Source: a virus
Lineage: Duplodnaviria > Heunggongvirae > Uroviricota > Caudoviricetes
Length of the DNA stretch: 13,131 bases
IMG/VR virus record: IMGVR_UViG_2778261446_000002
Location: 1 to 13,131 of that record
Reading direction: 5' to 3' (one strand)
Positions 6,333 through 13,131 of the stretch are shown here, one piece after another. The translations under genes were made by a program, and so were the position numbers. How positions within the stretch are numbered: position 1 is the first letter of the stretch; each line of letters opens with the position of its first letter. Under the pieces are notes generated by a model. The model searched no databases and was not told where the DNA came from. It was given only the letters and a program-made list of their open reading frames with translations.

Positions 6333-6402
6333 ACGGATAGTCCTGGTATTGTTCCATCACATCCTGCGGATGCTCTTCGAACTCTTCAAATTCTTTTTCC
6401 AT
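6316..6402 (-). CDS. orf28-like small acidic ORF (28 aa)
   Basis: ATG at 6402 with SD GAGGTG. Product MEKEFEEFEEHPQDVMEQYQDYPYDYDY overlaps the ral start by 17 nt. Lambda has a 28-codon ORF in this position. Confidence 0.35.
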   Translation of the reverse strand: MEKEFEEFEEHPQDVMEQYQDYPYDYDY

Positions 6403-6410
6403 ATCTCACC

Positions 6411-6737
6411 TCAAATAAGTGGTTTGCTGCCTAATTTCATTTTCTGGCGACCAACACAAGTCACACCCATTTCACTGCGTGGCTTGCTGTACCATGTGCG
6501 CTGATTCTTGCGCTCAATACGTTGCAGGTTGCTTTCAATCTGTTCGTGGTATTCAGCCAGCACCGTAAGGTCTATCGGATTCAGTGCGCTTTCTACTCGT
6601 GATTTCGGTTTGCGATTCAGCGAGAGAATAGGGCGGTTAACTGGTTTTGCGCTTACCCCAACCAACAGGGGATTTGCTGCTTTCCATTGAGCCTGTTTCT
6701 CTGCGCGACGTTCGCGGCGGCGTGTTTGTGCATCCAT
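6411..6737 (-). CDS. N: Antitermination protein N (lambda-type, 108 aa)
   Basis: Product MDAQTRRRERRAEKQAQWKAANPLLVGVSAKPVNRPILSLNRKPKSRVESALNPIDLTVLAEYH... is near-identical to lambda N, with SD CAGGAGAATCCAG-ATG as in lambda. The 30-codon upstream extension in the ORF track is rejected. Confidence 0.9.
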   Translation of the reverse strand: MDAQTRRRERRAEKQAQWKAANPLLVGVSAKPVNRPILSLNRKPKSRVESALNPIDLTVLAEYHEQIESNLQRIERKNQRTWYSKPRSEMGVTCVGRQKMKLGSKPLI

Positions 6738-6847
6738 CTGGATTCTCCTGTCAGTTAGCTTTGAGTAACGCGCCGTGATGCTTATCTCCACGGTTGCTGT
6801 CTTGCAGCTGCATTTCGCGCTACTCAAAGCCTTCTGCTTTGAATGCT

Positions 6848-6878
6848 GCCCTTCTTCAGGGCTTAATTTTTAAGAGCC
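6848..6878 (-). promoter_or_regulatory. nutL (boxA GGCTCTTA, boxB GCCCTGAAGAAGGGC)
   Basis: Minus strand reads GCTCTTAAAAATTAAGCCCTGAAGAAGGGCAGCATTC, essentially lambda nutL. Confidence 0.85.
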
Positions 6879-6918
6879 TCACCTTCAATGGTGGTTAGTG
6901 CGTCCTGCTGATGGCTAA

Positions 6919-6996
6919 ATAGTACGATTTGTACTTTATCGAGTCAATACAAAATGTTCTAAATATAATTGGTTTTTTATAACGCTTTGTATTTAA
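6919..6996 (-). promoter_or_regulatory. pL-type promoter with candidate OL operators
   Basis: Minus strand has -35 TTGACT (6942-6947), a 17-nt spacer and -10 TACTAT (6919-6924), then the lambda-like leader ATCAGCAGGACGCACT. Inverted repeat AGTACgatttGTACT (6921-6935) lies in the spacer; related sites at 6945-6959 and 6982-6996. Confidence 0.55.
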
Positions 6997-7011
6997 TGGG
7001 TTTATATTTTG

Positions 7012-7040
7012 GAAAAAGAAAACCCGACACTAAGGTCGGG
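7012..7040 (-). terminator. Rho-independent terminator downstream of the repressor gene
   Basis: Minus-strand CCCGAC-CUUAGU-GUCGGG hairpin followed by UUUUCUUUUUCC, 33 nt after the cI-like stop. Confidence 0.6.
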
Positions 7041-7072
7041 TTATTGTTGTGTGCTTTAGAGTGGTGAGGCTG

Positions 7073-7732
7073 TTAACTAAATGTCTCTTCAGGCCACTGG
7101 CTGGCGATAACTTTCCCTACAACGGAACAGCTATCATTGCATGGGATCATTGGATATTGCGGGTTTAGTGGCTGTAGGAACACCTGACCGCTATCCCTGA
7201 TCAGTTTCTTGAAGGTAAACTCGTCACCACCAAGTCTGGCTATGCAGAAATCACCTGGCTCAACAGCCTGCTCAGGGTCAACGAGAATTAACATCCCGTC
7301 AGGAAAGCTTGGCTTGGATCCTGTTGGCGCGGTCATGGAATTACCTTCAACTTCAAGCCAGAACGCACAATCACTGGCTTTTTTGGTTGTGCTGACCCAT
7401 CTCTCCGCATCACCTTTGGTAAAGGTTCTAAGCTCAGGCGAGAACATCCCGGCCTGAACATGAGAAAAAACAGGGTACTCATATTGTTTTTTAACGGGGG
7501 CAGATGAGTATTCGCCAACAGGTGAAAATGTACCGTCGTGGTTGAATGAGACGTTATCAATACCAAGGTATTTAAACACCACACCAATCTCGTCAAGAGA
7601 TGGATGACGAGATCCGCGCAACCAGTGACCAATTCCACCCTGCGTCATACCAAGCTCTTCAGCTAACTTCTCTTGAGTTATGCCGAGCTCTTTCATTCTG
7701 GATCTAGCCAGTTCATACCATTTCATTTTCAT
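7073..7732 (-). CDS. cI: CI-type prophage repressor (HTH plus LexA/S24-like autocleavage domain), P22 C2-like
   Basis: N-terminal HTH ([22 protein letters not shown]) and C-terminal [13 protein letters not shown]...FTFKKL...[12 protein letters not shown] closely parallel the P22 C2 C-domain as I recall it. Start uncertain: ATG 7732, ATG 7726 (better SD spacing) or ORF-track ATG 7774. Confidence 0.8.
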   Translation of the reverse strand: MKMKWYELARSRMKELGITQEKLAEELGMTQGGIGHWLRGSRHPSLDEIGVVFKYLGIDNVSFNHDGTFSPVGEYSSAPVKKQYEYPVFSHVQAGMFSPELRTFTKGDAERWVSTTKKASDCAFWLEVEGNSMTAPTGSKPSFPDGMLILVDPEQAVEPGDFCIARLGGDEFTFKKLIRDSGQVFLQPLNPQYPMIPCNDSCSVVGKVIASQWPEETFS

Positions 7733-7741
7733 ACCCTTATT

Positions 7742-7817
7742 ATTACGCTCTGTACTAAAACCATCCATGCACAAGATGTATTTTTTGTTTGCATTCTAAA
7801 AGTACATATCGTATTAT
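7742..7817. promoter_or_regulatory. OR operator region with pR and divergent pRM
   Basis: pR has -35 TTGCAT (7789-7794), a 17-nt spacer and -10 TATTAT (7812-7817). Candidate operators AGTACatatcGTATT (7801-7815) and ATTACgctctGTACT (7742-7756) share the half-sites seen at OL. Candidate pRM -10 TAGAAT on the minus strand (7793-7798). Confidence 0.5.
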
Positions 7818-7843
7818 TGTTTCATGGTTACTATGGAGGGCAT

Positions 7844-8059
7844 ATGAGCAACCTACGAAAATATCGAGAGTCACTGAATATCTCTCAAACAACACTTGCT
7901 AAGGCAGTTGGATGCACACAGGGAGCTATCGGACATTGGGAATCTGGTCGTCGCTTCCCAGACCTTAAAACATGCCGTGCTCTTGTTGAGTGCCTAAACA
8001 AGTTAGGCGCAAAAGTCAGTCTTGATGACGTGTTCCCGCCGGAACACAAAGCCGCTTAA
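7844..8059 (+). CDS. cro: Cro-type HTH repressor (71 aa), not lambda Cro
   Basis: ATG at 7844 with SD GGAGGG. HTH motif ISQTTLAKAVGCTQGAIGHWESG; divergent from the cI-like gene across the operator region. Confidence 0.7.
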   Translation: MSNLRKYRESLNISQTTLAKAVGCTQGAIGHWESGRRFPDLKTCRALVECLNKLGAKVSLDDVFPPEHKAA

Positions 8060-8067
8060 GACATTCC

Positions 8068-8099
8068 CGCTCTTACACATCCCAGCCCTGAAAAAGGGC
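8068..8099 (+). promoter_or_regulatory. nutR (boxA CGCTCTTAC, boxB GCCCTGAAAAAGGGC)
   Basis: CGCTCTTACACATCCCAGCCCTGAAAAAGGGC, essentially lambda nutR. Confidence 0.85.
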
Positions 8100-8170
8100 A
8101 TCAAATTAAACCACACCTATGGTGTATGCATTTATTTGCATACCTTCAATCAATTGTTATCTAAGGAAAT
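8100..8170 (+). terminator. tR1-like rho-dependent terminator region
   Basis: ATCAAATTAAACCACACCTATGGTGTATGCATTTATTTGCATACCTTCAATCAATTG is near-identical to my recollection of the lambda tR1 region between nutR and cII. Rho dependence cannot be read from sequence. Confidence 0.45.
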
Positions 8171-8178
8171 ACTTACAT

Positions 8179-8472
8179 ATGGTTCGTGCAAACAAACGCA
8201 ACGAGGCTCTAAGAATCGAGAGTGCGTTGCTTAACAAAATCGCAATGCTTGGAACTGAGAAGACAGCGGAAGCTGTGGGAGTTGATAAGTCGCAGATCAG
8301 CAGGTGGAAGAGGGATTGGATTCCAAAGTTCTCAATGCTGCTTGCTGTTCTTGAATGGGGCGTCGTCGACGACGATATGGCTCGATTGGCACGACAAGTT
8401 GCTTCGATTCTCACCAATAAAAAACGCCCGGAGGCAACCGAGCGTTCTGAACAAATCCAGATGGAATTCTGA
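8179..8472 (+). CDS. cII: Transcriptional activator CII (lambda-type, 97 aa)
   Basis: Product [75 protein letters not shown]... is near-identical to lambda CII. The 20-codon ORF-track extension is rejected. Confidence 0.9.
   Translation: MVRANKRNEALRIESALLNKIAMLGTEKTAEAVGVDKSQISRWKRDWIPKFSMLLAVLEWGVVDDDMARLARQVASILTNKKRPEATERSEQIQMEF
8188..8201 (-). promoter_or_regulatory. pRE CII-binding site (TTGC-N6-TTGC direct repeats)
   Basis: Minus strand reads TTGCGTTTGTTTGC within the 5' end of cII, as in lambda pRE. Confidence 0.7.
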
Positions 8473-8496
8473 GGTCATTACTGGATCAATCCACAG
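8418..8496 (-). ncRNA. oop: OOP antisense RNA (antisense to the cII 3' end)
   Basis: Minus strand reads GGATTGATCCAGTAATGACCTCAGAATTCCATCTGGATTTGTTCAGAACGCTCGGTTGCCTCCGGGCGTTTTTTAT, matching lambda OOP as recalled and ending in hairpin CGCUCGG/CCGGGCG plus a U-run. The 5' end is approximate. Confidence 0.7.
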
Positions 8497-8504
8497 GAGT
8501 CATT

Positions 8505-8651
8505 ATGACAAAACAACTCAGTCCTTACCAGGACAAAATTCACAAACACATACTACGTGATCGCTTCCTGTCCAGCTTCAAGCAGCCTGGTCGATTCCGG
8601 GCTGAGTTGGAAAAAGTGAAGCTGATGCAGAAGGAGAAAGGTCATGAGTAA
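8505..8651 (+). CDS. Hypothetical small basic protein (48 aa) between cII and the initiator gene
   Basis: ATG at 8505 with SD AGGAG 6 nt upstream; stop overlaps the O-like start by 8 nt. Below the ORF-track size cut-off. Confidence 0.45.
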   Translation: MTKQLSPYQDKIHKHILRDRFLSSFKQPGRFRAELEKVKLMQKEKGHE

Positions 8652-9504
8652 TCTTGCAACCGTAACACATTTAAGGCCTTCACAACGGCCTGTGGAGCGT
8701 CGTGTGGCAGAAGTTGAAGATGGTTATACCCGTCTTGCAAATGCCCTGTATGAAGAGCTTATCGGCGCAGATTTAACGAAAAATCAGAGCAAGGTTGCCC
8801 ACGCCATATGCCGTAAAACATACGGCTACGGTAAAAAGATGGATCGCATTTCTGATAGTCAGTTAGCTCAAATTACCAGGCTGCCAAGACAGAAGGTAAA
8901 CAAGGCCAAGAATGAGCTTATCGCGATGAAGGTTATCCTTCGCGAAGGCCAGCAAATCGGGCCTAACAAGAACATCGAAGAATGGCAAATCGAAGGGTGT
9001 CACTACTCTGGTGATAATGTCACTGCATTGGTGACAAAAAGTGTCACCAAAACGGTGACAGCGCTGTCACCAAAACAGGGACACACAAAAGAAACTATTA
9101 CAAAAGAAAAAAGAAATAATAAAAACACTATGTCCGAAAGTGTTCGGACGGAGTGTGAAAAATCATCTGACCGTCACGAAGAAACCGACAAGGCATTCGA
9201 GGAAATATTCTGGTGTGCAGGCATGCGGAAAGCCGGGAAGAAAAACGCGGCTTCGGCATTCAGAACACAGTTCAGGGAATGGCGTAAAACTACCAGGGGT
9301 ACGGCAAGCGAGTTTGCCACGATGCTGGCAGAAGACATCGCATGCAGGAATGGTAAGCAGTTCGGATTCGACAGGTTGTTACCATCGAGCTACCTGAACG
9401 GTCAACGCTGGAACGACGAGAAGCCAGAAACTATTCAACCACAATCCAAACCATCATCCGCAATCACCGTATCGAAAACTGGCTACGTGTTTTTCGACAG
9501 GTGA
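8644..9504 (+). CDS. Replication initiator, lambda O-like N-terminal domain with a divergent C-terminal domain (286 aa)
   Basis: N-terminal region ([57 protein letters not shown]...) resembles the phage O N-terminal DNA-binding domain. The gene contains the iteron array, as lambda O does. Confidence 0.75.
   Translation: MSNLATVTHLRPSQRPVERRVAEVEDGYTRLANALYEELIGADLTKNQSKVAHAICRKTYGYGKKMDRISDSQLAQITRLPRQKVNKAKNELIAMKVILREGQQIGPNKNIEEWQIEGCHYSGDNVTALVTKSVTKTVTALSPKQGHTKETITKEKRNNKNTMSESVRTECEKSSDRHEETDKAFEEIFWCAGMRKAGKKNAASAFRTQFREWRKTTRGTASEFATMLAEDIACRNGKQFGFDRLLPSSYLNGQRWNDEKPETIQPQSKPSSAITVSKTGYVFFDR
9010..9130. repeat. Replication origin: palindromic GGTGACA...TGTCACC iterons followed by an A-rich (AT-rich) tract, inside the O-like gene
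   Basis: GGTGATAATGTCACTG (9010-9025), GGTGACAAAAAGTGTCACC (9030-9048) and GGTGACAGCGCTGTCACC (9054-9071) separated by AAAAC, then about 50 nt of A-rich sequence. Confidence 0.6.
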
Positions 9505-9507
9505 ACC

Positions 9508-9615
9508 ATGAAATCAAAAATCAAATCGCTACTGGTCGCTGGTTATAACCACGGCTGGTTAAGTATTTCGTTTGTCGATTTCTGGTTTAAAAATCTCAAT
9601 CTGAGGGAATCATGA
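9508..9615 (+). CDS. Candidate small hydrophobic ORF (35 aa) coupled to the primase-helicase
   Basis: ATG at 9508 with a short-spaced SD AGGTGA; TGA overlaps the ATG of the next gene (ATGA). Product MKSKIKSLLVAGYNHGWLSISFVDFWFKNLNLRES. Confidence 0.3.
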   Translation: MKSKIKSLLVAGYNHGWLSISFVDFWFKNLNLRES

Positions 9616-11492
9616 CGCCAAGTGAACTTAGCGACCTGCTTTGGGCGCAGGTTGACAGGGTGGCTCCGCACCTGTTGCCAAACGGCAAGAAAGAGGGGCA
9701 TGAGTGGGTTGCCGGTAACGTCAACGGTGACAAGGGAAACAGCCTTAAGGTCAACCTTAGCGGCAAGAAAAAATGGGCTGATTTCGCTGAGGGAGACGGC
9801 GGTGACATGCTTGATTTGTGGATGGCATGTCGTGGAATTAACCTGCATCAGGCTATGCAGGAAGCGAAAGCCTTTCTCGGAATCAAGGATGACGATCACC
9901 ATTTCGATGCCAAACGTGAGAAGAAATTCTCCAGACCTGACCGCAAGAAAATCGCCCGCTACGTTACCAGAACAGAATCCCATCTTGAGTACCTGCAATC
10001 GCGTGGCATATCGCCAGAAGTCGTAAAGCGCTACGAGGTTGTCAGCGGCAAGGTGTGGAAGGGAGAACGAGAACTTGATGCACTGGTGCTTCCGTACAAA
10101 CGCGATGGTGAGTTGTTGCAGGTCAAGCGAATCAGCACTGAGCGCCCGGACGGGAAGAAAGTCATTATGGCAGAAGGTGATTGCGAACCTTGTCTGTTCG
10201 GATGGCAGGCTCTGGACGCTGGCGTGAGGGCGGTTGTGCTTTGCGAAGGCGAAATTGATTGTATGAGCTATGCGCAATACGGCATCTCGGCGTTATCCGT
10301 GCCGTTTGGTGGAGGGAAAGGCGCTAAGCAACAGTGGATTGAGTTTGAGTACCACAACCTCGACAGGTTTGAGGAAATATTCATCTCGATGGACGTTGAT
10401 GATGTTGGTCGTGAAGCCGCAAGGGAAATCGCAAGCCGACTCGGTGAACATCGTTGCCGTCTTGTTACTCTGCCGTACAAAGACATCAACGAATGCCTGA
10501 TGAACGGTGTTACCGAGGATGAAATCTGGCAGTACATCGGCACGGCATCCTACTTCGATCCTGAAGAACTCTACAGTGCGCGAGAGTTTTACCAGGACAC
10601 TATCAACGCTTTCTACGGCAAGCAGCAGTATCTGTTTAATCCACCGTGGGAATCTCTGGCAGATAAATTCCAGTTCCGTGAGGCAGAGTTGACGCTGGTC
10701 AATGGTGTGAACGGTCACGGAAAAACGGAGGTTGTCGGGCATATGGCACTTGAGGCAATGCGTCAGGGTGTGAAGACGTGCATCGCGTCACTTGAGCTGA
10801 AGCCTGGTATTCTCCTTAAGCGCCTTACCCGTCAGGCGACGTGCTGCAAGATGCCGCCAGTGCTGGAAATTGACTCTGCATTTAAATTTTATGACGAAAG
10901 ACTTTGGGTGTTTGGTCTGACCGGAACGGCGAAAGCCGACAGGCTGATCGAAATATTCGACTACGCTCGCCGCCGATACGGGATCCAGTTATTCATCATC
11001 GACAGCCTGATGAAATGTGGCATAGGCGACGATGACTATAACGGGCAGAAGGCGTTTGTTGACTCGATTTGCGACTTCAAAAACAAAACAAACTCCCACG
11101 TCATTCTCGTTACTCACTCGCGAAAAGGAGACAGCGAAGAAAAACCAACCGGGAAAATGGACGTAAAAGGCTCTGGAGCGATAACAGACCTGACAGACAA
11201 CCTTTTCATCATCTGGCGTAACAAGGCTCGCGAGAGAGCGTTACAGAGAGTTCAGAGTGGTGAAAAGATGTCAGAGAAGGACGAACAGCTACTGGCATCT
11301 CCGGCATCTGTTTTGATGCTTGAAAAACAACGTAACGGCGAAGGTTGGGAAGGTGGTGTCCCGTTGTTCCTTGACGAGCAATCGCACCAGTTCCTGCAAC
11401 TTGAATCAGGATCGCCATATAGCTACATCGCCAATATGCCGAAATCGGAATATGACGAGGCGTGGCGACAGGAAAACGTGACGGAGTATTAA
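9612..11492 (+). CDS. Bifunctional DNA primase/helicase (Toprim domain plus DnaB/RecA-like P-loop helicase, 626 aa)
   Basis: Toprim signatures (VVLCEGEIDCMSYAQ; ISMDVDDVGREAA), Walker A (NGVNGHGKTE) and Walker B (IQLFIIDSLMK). SD GAGGG 5 nt upstream. It occupies the position of lambda P. Confidence 0.75.
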   Translation: MTPSELSDLLWAQVDRVAPHLLPNGKKEGHEWVAGNVNGDKGNSLKVNLSGKKKWADFAEGDGGDMLDLWMACRGINLHQAMQEAKAFLGIKDDDHHFDAKREKKFSRPDRKKIARYVTRTESHLEYLQSRGISPEVVKRYEVVSGKVWKGERELDALVLPYKRDGELLQVKRISTERPDGKKVIMAEGDCEPCLFGWQALDAGVRAVVLCEGEIDCMSYAQYGISALSVPFGGGKGAKQQWIEFEYHNLDRFEEIFISMDVDDVGREAAREIASRLGEHRCRLVTLPYKDINECLMNGVTEDEIWQYIGTASYFDPEELYSAREFYQDTINAFYGKQQYLFNPPWESLADKFQFREAELTLVNGVNGHGKTEVVGHMALEAMRQGVKTCIASLELKPGILLKRLTRQATCCKMPPVLEIDSAFKFYDERLWVFGLTGTAKADRLIEIFDYARRRYGIQLFIIDSLMKCGIGDDDYNGQKAFVDSICDFKNKTNSHVILVTHSRKGDSEEKPTGKMDVKGSGAITDLTDNLFIIWRNKARERALQRVQSGEKMSEKDEQLLASPASVLMLEKQRNGEGWEGGVPLFLDEQSHQFLQLESGSPYSYIANMPKSEYDEAWRQENVTEY

Positions 11493-11521
11493 ATGACCAT
11501 CTACATCACTGAGCTAATAAC

Positions 11522-11553
11522 AGGCCTGCTGGTAATCGCAGGCCTTTTTATTT
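11522..11553 (+). terminator. Rho-independent terminator after the replication genes (tR2-like position)
   Basis: AGGCCTGC-TGGTAATC-GCAGGCCT hairpin (8 bp) followed by TTTTTATTTGG. Confidence 0.7.
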
Positions 11554-11568
11554 GGGGGAGAGTAAATC

Positions 11569-11775
11569 GTGGCTGAGTTTATGCTCGTCGCATTCAAATG
11601 CGTTGGCGTTGGATGGATTCTTCTGACGTTTTTTATTGTTCTGCATAGCTACATTCGTCTTGTGAATGACGGTAAAGACCCATGGTATACGTTGTTTGGC
11701 GCTGCATTTGTCTGGGTGATTATCGGTGTTATGCCTGTCGCTGTAGCAAAAATGGCGTGGCGTTTTGTGAGTTGA
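11569..11775 (+). CDS. Small membrane protein with two predicted transmembrane helices (68 aa)
   Basis: GTG start at 11569 with SD GGGGGAGAG 8 nt upstream. Two hydrophobic stretches (LVAFKCVGVGWILLTFFIVL; LFGAAFVWVIIGVMPVAVA). Confidence 0.55.
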   Translation: MAEFMLVAFKCVGVGWILLTFFIVLHSYIRLVNDGKDPWYTLFGAAFVWVIIGVMPVAVAKMAWRFVS

Positions 11776-11792
11776 ACTGAGGGTAAGTATCG

Positions 11793-12149
11793 ATGGACGA
11801 ATCAAGAAAGCAGTTTGAGGAATACGTTGCCAAAAAATTGAGATTACCATTCGAGATGATAACCGAGGCAAGAAATGGTGATAGGTACTTCGCATTTTCA
11901 AGCATGGATATTCGTCACTCCTTAAATGAGTGGTGGACTTTATGGCAGGCATCGCGAGCAGCTATTGAACTGGATATCGACTGGCCAGAATCGAATGACG
12001 ACTTTTGGAAAGATGGTGAAGAAGGTGCTTATGCGATGGGTTATGAGGATGGGCGTGACAAAACGGTAATTGCAGTAATGAAAGCTATCAGAGCCGCTGG
12101 AATTAAAGAGAAGAATTTCGATGAAGCAAACAATATTCCTCCGAACTAA
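11793..12149 (+). CDS. Hypothetical acidic phage protein (118 aa)
   Basis: ATG at 11793 with SD GAGGG; the 3' end overlaps the ninB start by 29 nt. Confidence 0.6.
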   Translation: MDESRKQFEEYVAKKLRLPFEMITEARNGDRYFAFSSMDIRHSLNEWWTLWQASRAAIELDIDWPESNDDFWKDGEEGAYAMGYEDGRDKTVIAVMKAIRAAGIKEKNFDEANNIPPN

Positions 12150-12531
12150 GCAACAACAGCAAGCCGCAATCAACGCCATCCTCGCAACACCACTCGATAA
12201 AGACAAGCCAGTCACCATCCGCATTACTGACTACAAGCGCAACCTTGACCAGAACGCAAAATTTCACGCGATGCTGGCGGATATCGCACGTCAGGTTCAA
12301 TGGTGCGATAAGTGGTTAAAACCAGAACAATGGAAGGTTTTGTTGATTAGCGGTCATGCAGTGGCAACAAAGCAGGAAGCTGATGTTTTACCCGGCCTTG
12401 AAGGCGAATACGTCAACATTCGCGAAAGCAGCGCGCAGATGAGCGTGAAGCGTATGGCAAGTCTTATCGAGTACACAACAGCATGGGCTATTGGTCAGGG
12501 TGTCAGATTTACCGACAGGAGGTACGAATGA
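12121..12531 (+). CDS. ninB: NinB-like recombination protein (136 aa)
   Basis: Start MKQ..., the [20 protein letters not shown] motif and overall length parallel lambda NinB as I recall it. Confidence 0.7.
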   Translation: MKQTIFLRTKQQQQAAINAILATPLDKDKPVTIRITDYKRNLDQNAKFHAMLADIARQVQWCDKWLKPEQWKVLLISGHAVATKQEADVLPGLEGEYVNIRESSAQMSVKRMASLIEYTTAWAIGQGVRFTDRRYE

Positions 12532-12704
12532 GGCGACAGCGACGAAGTTTCACCGACATCATCTGCGAAAACTGCAAATACCTTCCAACGAAACGCTCCA
12601 GAAATAAACGCAAGCCAATCCCAAAAGAATCTGACGTAAAAACCTTCAATTACACAGCTCACCTGTGGGATATCCGGTGGCTAAGATATCGTGCGAGGAA
12701 ATGA
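12528..12704 (+). CDS. ninE: NinE-like protein (58 aa)
   Basis: ATG at 12528 overlaps the ninB stop (ATGA) with SD GGAGG. Product [58 protein letters not shown] matches my recollection of the NinE family. Confidence 0.55.
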   Translation: MRRQRRSFTDIICENCKYLPTKRSRNKRKPIPKESDVKTFNYTAHLWDIRWLRYRARK

Positions 12705-12972
12705 CAATGGATTATTCACAGTTAAGTGATTTTGAAATTAACAGAATGGTAGGAGACATAATTTTTAAAGGCCTTTGGGCAAGTAAACCGGAAACATCAG
12801 GGAATAACACCAACAAATGGTATTACGGAAATGCTGATACAACTTTTGAGCCATTAAATCATTTGCCTGACTACTGCAATGATCCGAGCGCTTCATGGCC
12901 GATTATTGAGAAATACAGGATTTCTATCTTAGACCAGTTAACTGAATGGTGTGTGGATGCAAAAGGCGTAAG
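12701..12972 (+). pseudogene. nin-region gene of unknown function, interrupted by the IS10-type insertion after codon 90
   Basis: ATG at 12701 overlaps the ninE stop (ATGA). The reading frame runs into the IS terminus at 12973, so the last 15 residues of the 117-aa ORF-track product are IS-encoded. Confidence 0.55.
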
Positions 12973-13131
12973 CCTGAGAGATCCCCTCATAATTTCCCCA
13001 AAGCGTAACCATGTGTGAATAAATTTTGAGCTAGTAGGGTTGCAGCCACGAGTAAGTCTTCCCTTGTTATTGTGTAGCCAGAATGCCGCAAAACTTCCAT
13101 GCCTAAGCGAACTGTTGAGAGTACGTTTCGA
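12973..13131 (-). mobile_element. IS10-type (IS4 family) insertion sequence, inside-end terminus (partial; continues beyond the window)
   Basis: Terminus CTGAGAGATCCCCTCATAATTTCC carries the GATC Dam site of the IS10 inside end and resembles the IS10 outside end CTGATGAATCCCC. The minus strand encodes a transposase C-terminus (see next feature). Confidence 0.7.
12986..13131 (-). CDS. IS10-type transposase, C-terminal fragment (5' partial, runs off the window)
   Basis: Minus-strand frame reads ...[47 protein letters not shown], matching my recollection of the Tn10/IS10 transposase C-terminus. The frame is open to the window edge. Confidence 0.65.

Noticed and set aside
6738-6827. 30-codon N-terminal extension of N in the ORF track
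   Set aside because: Lambda N starts at MDAQ with the conserved SD; the extension would begin just downstream of nutL with no RBS.
7209-7638. ORFs inside the repressor gene (7209-7457 plus strand, 7333-7638 minus strand)
   Set aside because: Nested within the well-supported cI-like gene in other frames.
8119-8560. Upstream extension of cII (from 8119) and the 112-aa ORF at 8222-8560
   Set aside because: cII starts at MVRANK as in lambda; the 8222-8560 ORF is an alternative frame of cII that runs through the OOP terminator.
9543-10742. Minus-strand ORFs of 244, 149, 91 and 70 aa inside the primase-helicase gene
   Set aside because: Antisense to a long gene with clear motifs; no RBS; products are low-complexity.
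11493-11573. 26-codon hydrophobic ORF starting right after the primase-helicase stop
   Set aside because: It is almost entirely composed of the terminator hairpin and T-run; more likely an RNA element than a protein, though a small membrane peptide cannot be excluded.
12665-13018. 117-aa ORF-track ORF as an intact gene
   Set aside because: Its last 15 codons are encoded by the IS10 terminus, so the native gene is interrupted at 12972.
1-13131. CRISPR arrays or other long tandem repeats
   Set aside because: No regularly spaced direct repeats were seen; the only clustered repeats are the ori iterons and the operator half-sites.

Overview
The window is the early/regulatory arm of a mosaic lambdoid prophage integrated at the argW attachment site beside dsdC (KplE1/CPS-53-like junction), bracketed by insertion sequences at both edges. 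Left to right: the last 76 bp of an IS2-family element inserted into dsdC, a truncated dsdC 3' fragment, a 15-bp argW-derived attR core, then a long leftward (minus-strand) pL-type operon running from N back to the excisionase TorI. That operon carries N with nutL, orf28-like, Ral, terminators, a cIII-like and a Kil-like gene, a Rad52-type annealing protein, SSB and many tightly coupled small genes of unknown function. The immunity region pairs a P22 C2-like cI repressor and a non-lambda Cro with their own operators, flanked by lambda-type N/nutL, nutR/tR1, cII and OOP RNA. To the right lie an O-like initiator with internal ori iterons, a 626-aa primase-helicase fusion, a tR2-like terminator, a small membrane protein, NinB and NinE, and a nin-region gene cut by an IS10-type element that runs off the window. 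No single locus can be shown from sequence alone to be a new system; the best candidates are the uncharacterised coupled modules (5596-6092, 2889-3647, 11569-12149) and an SSB whose conserved C-terminal tip is masked by a 15-residue extension. All homology statements rest on recollection of reference sequences and reading of the DNA, not on searches.
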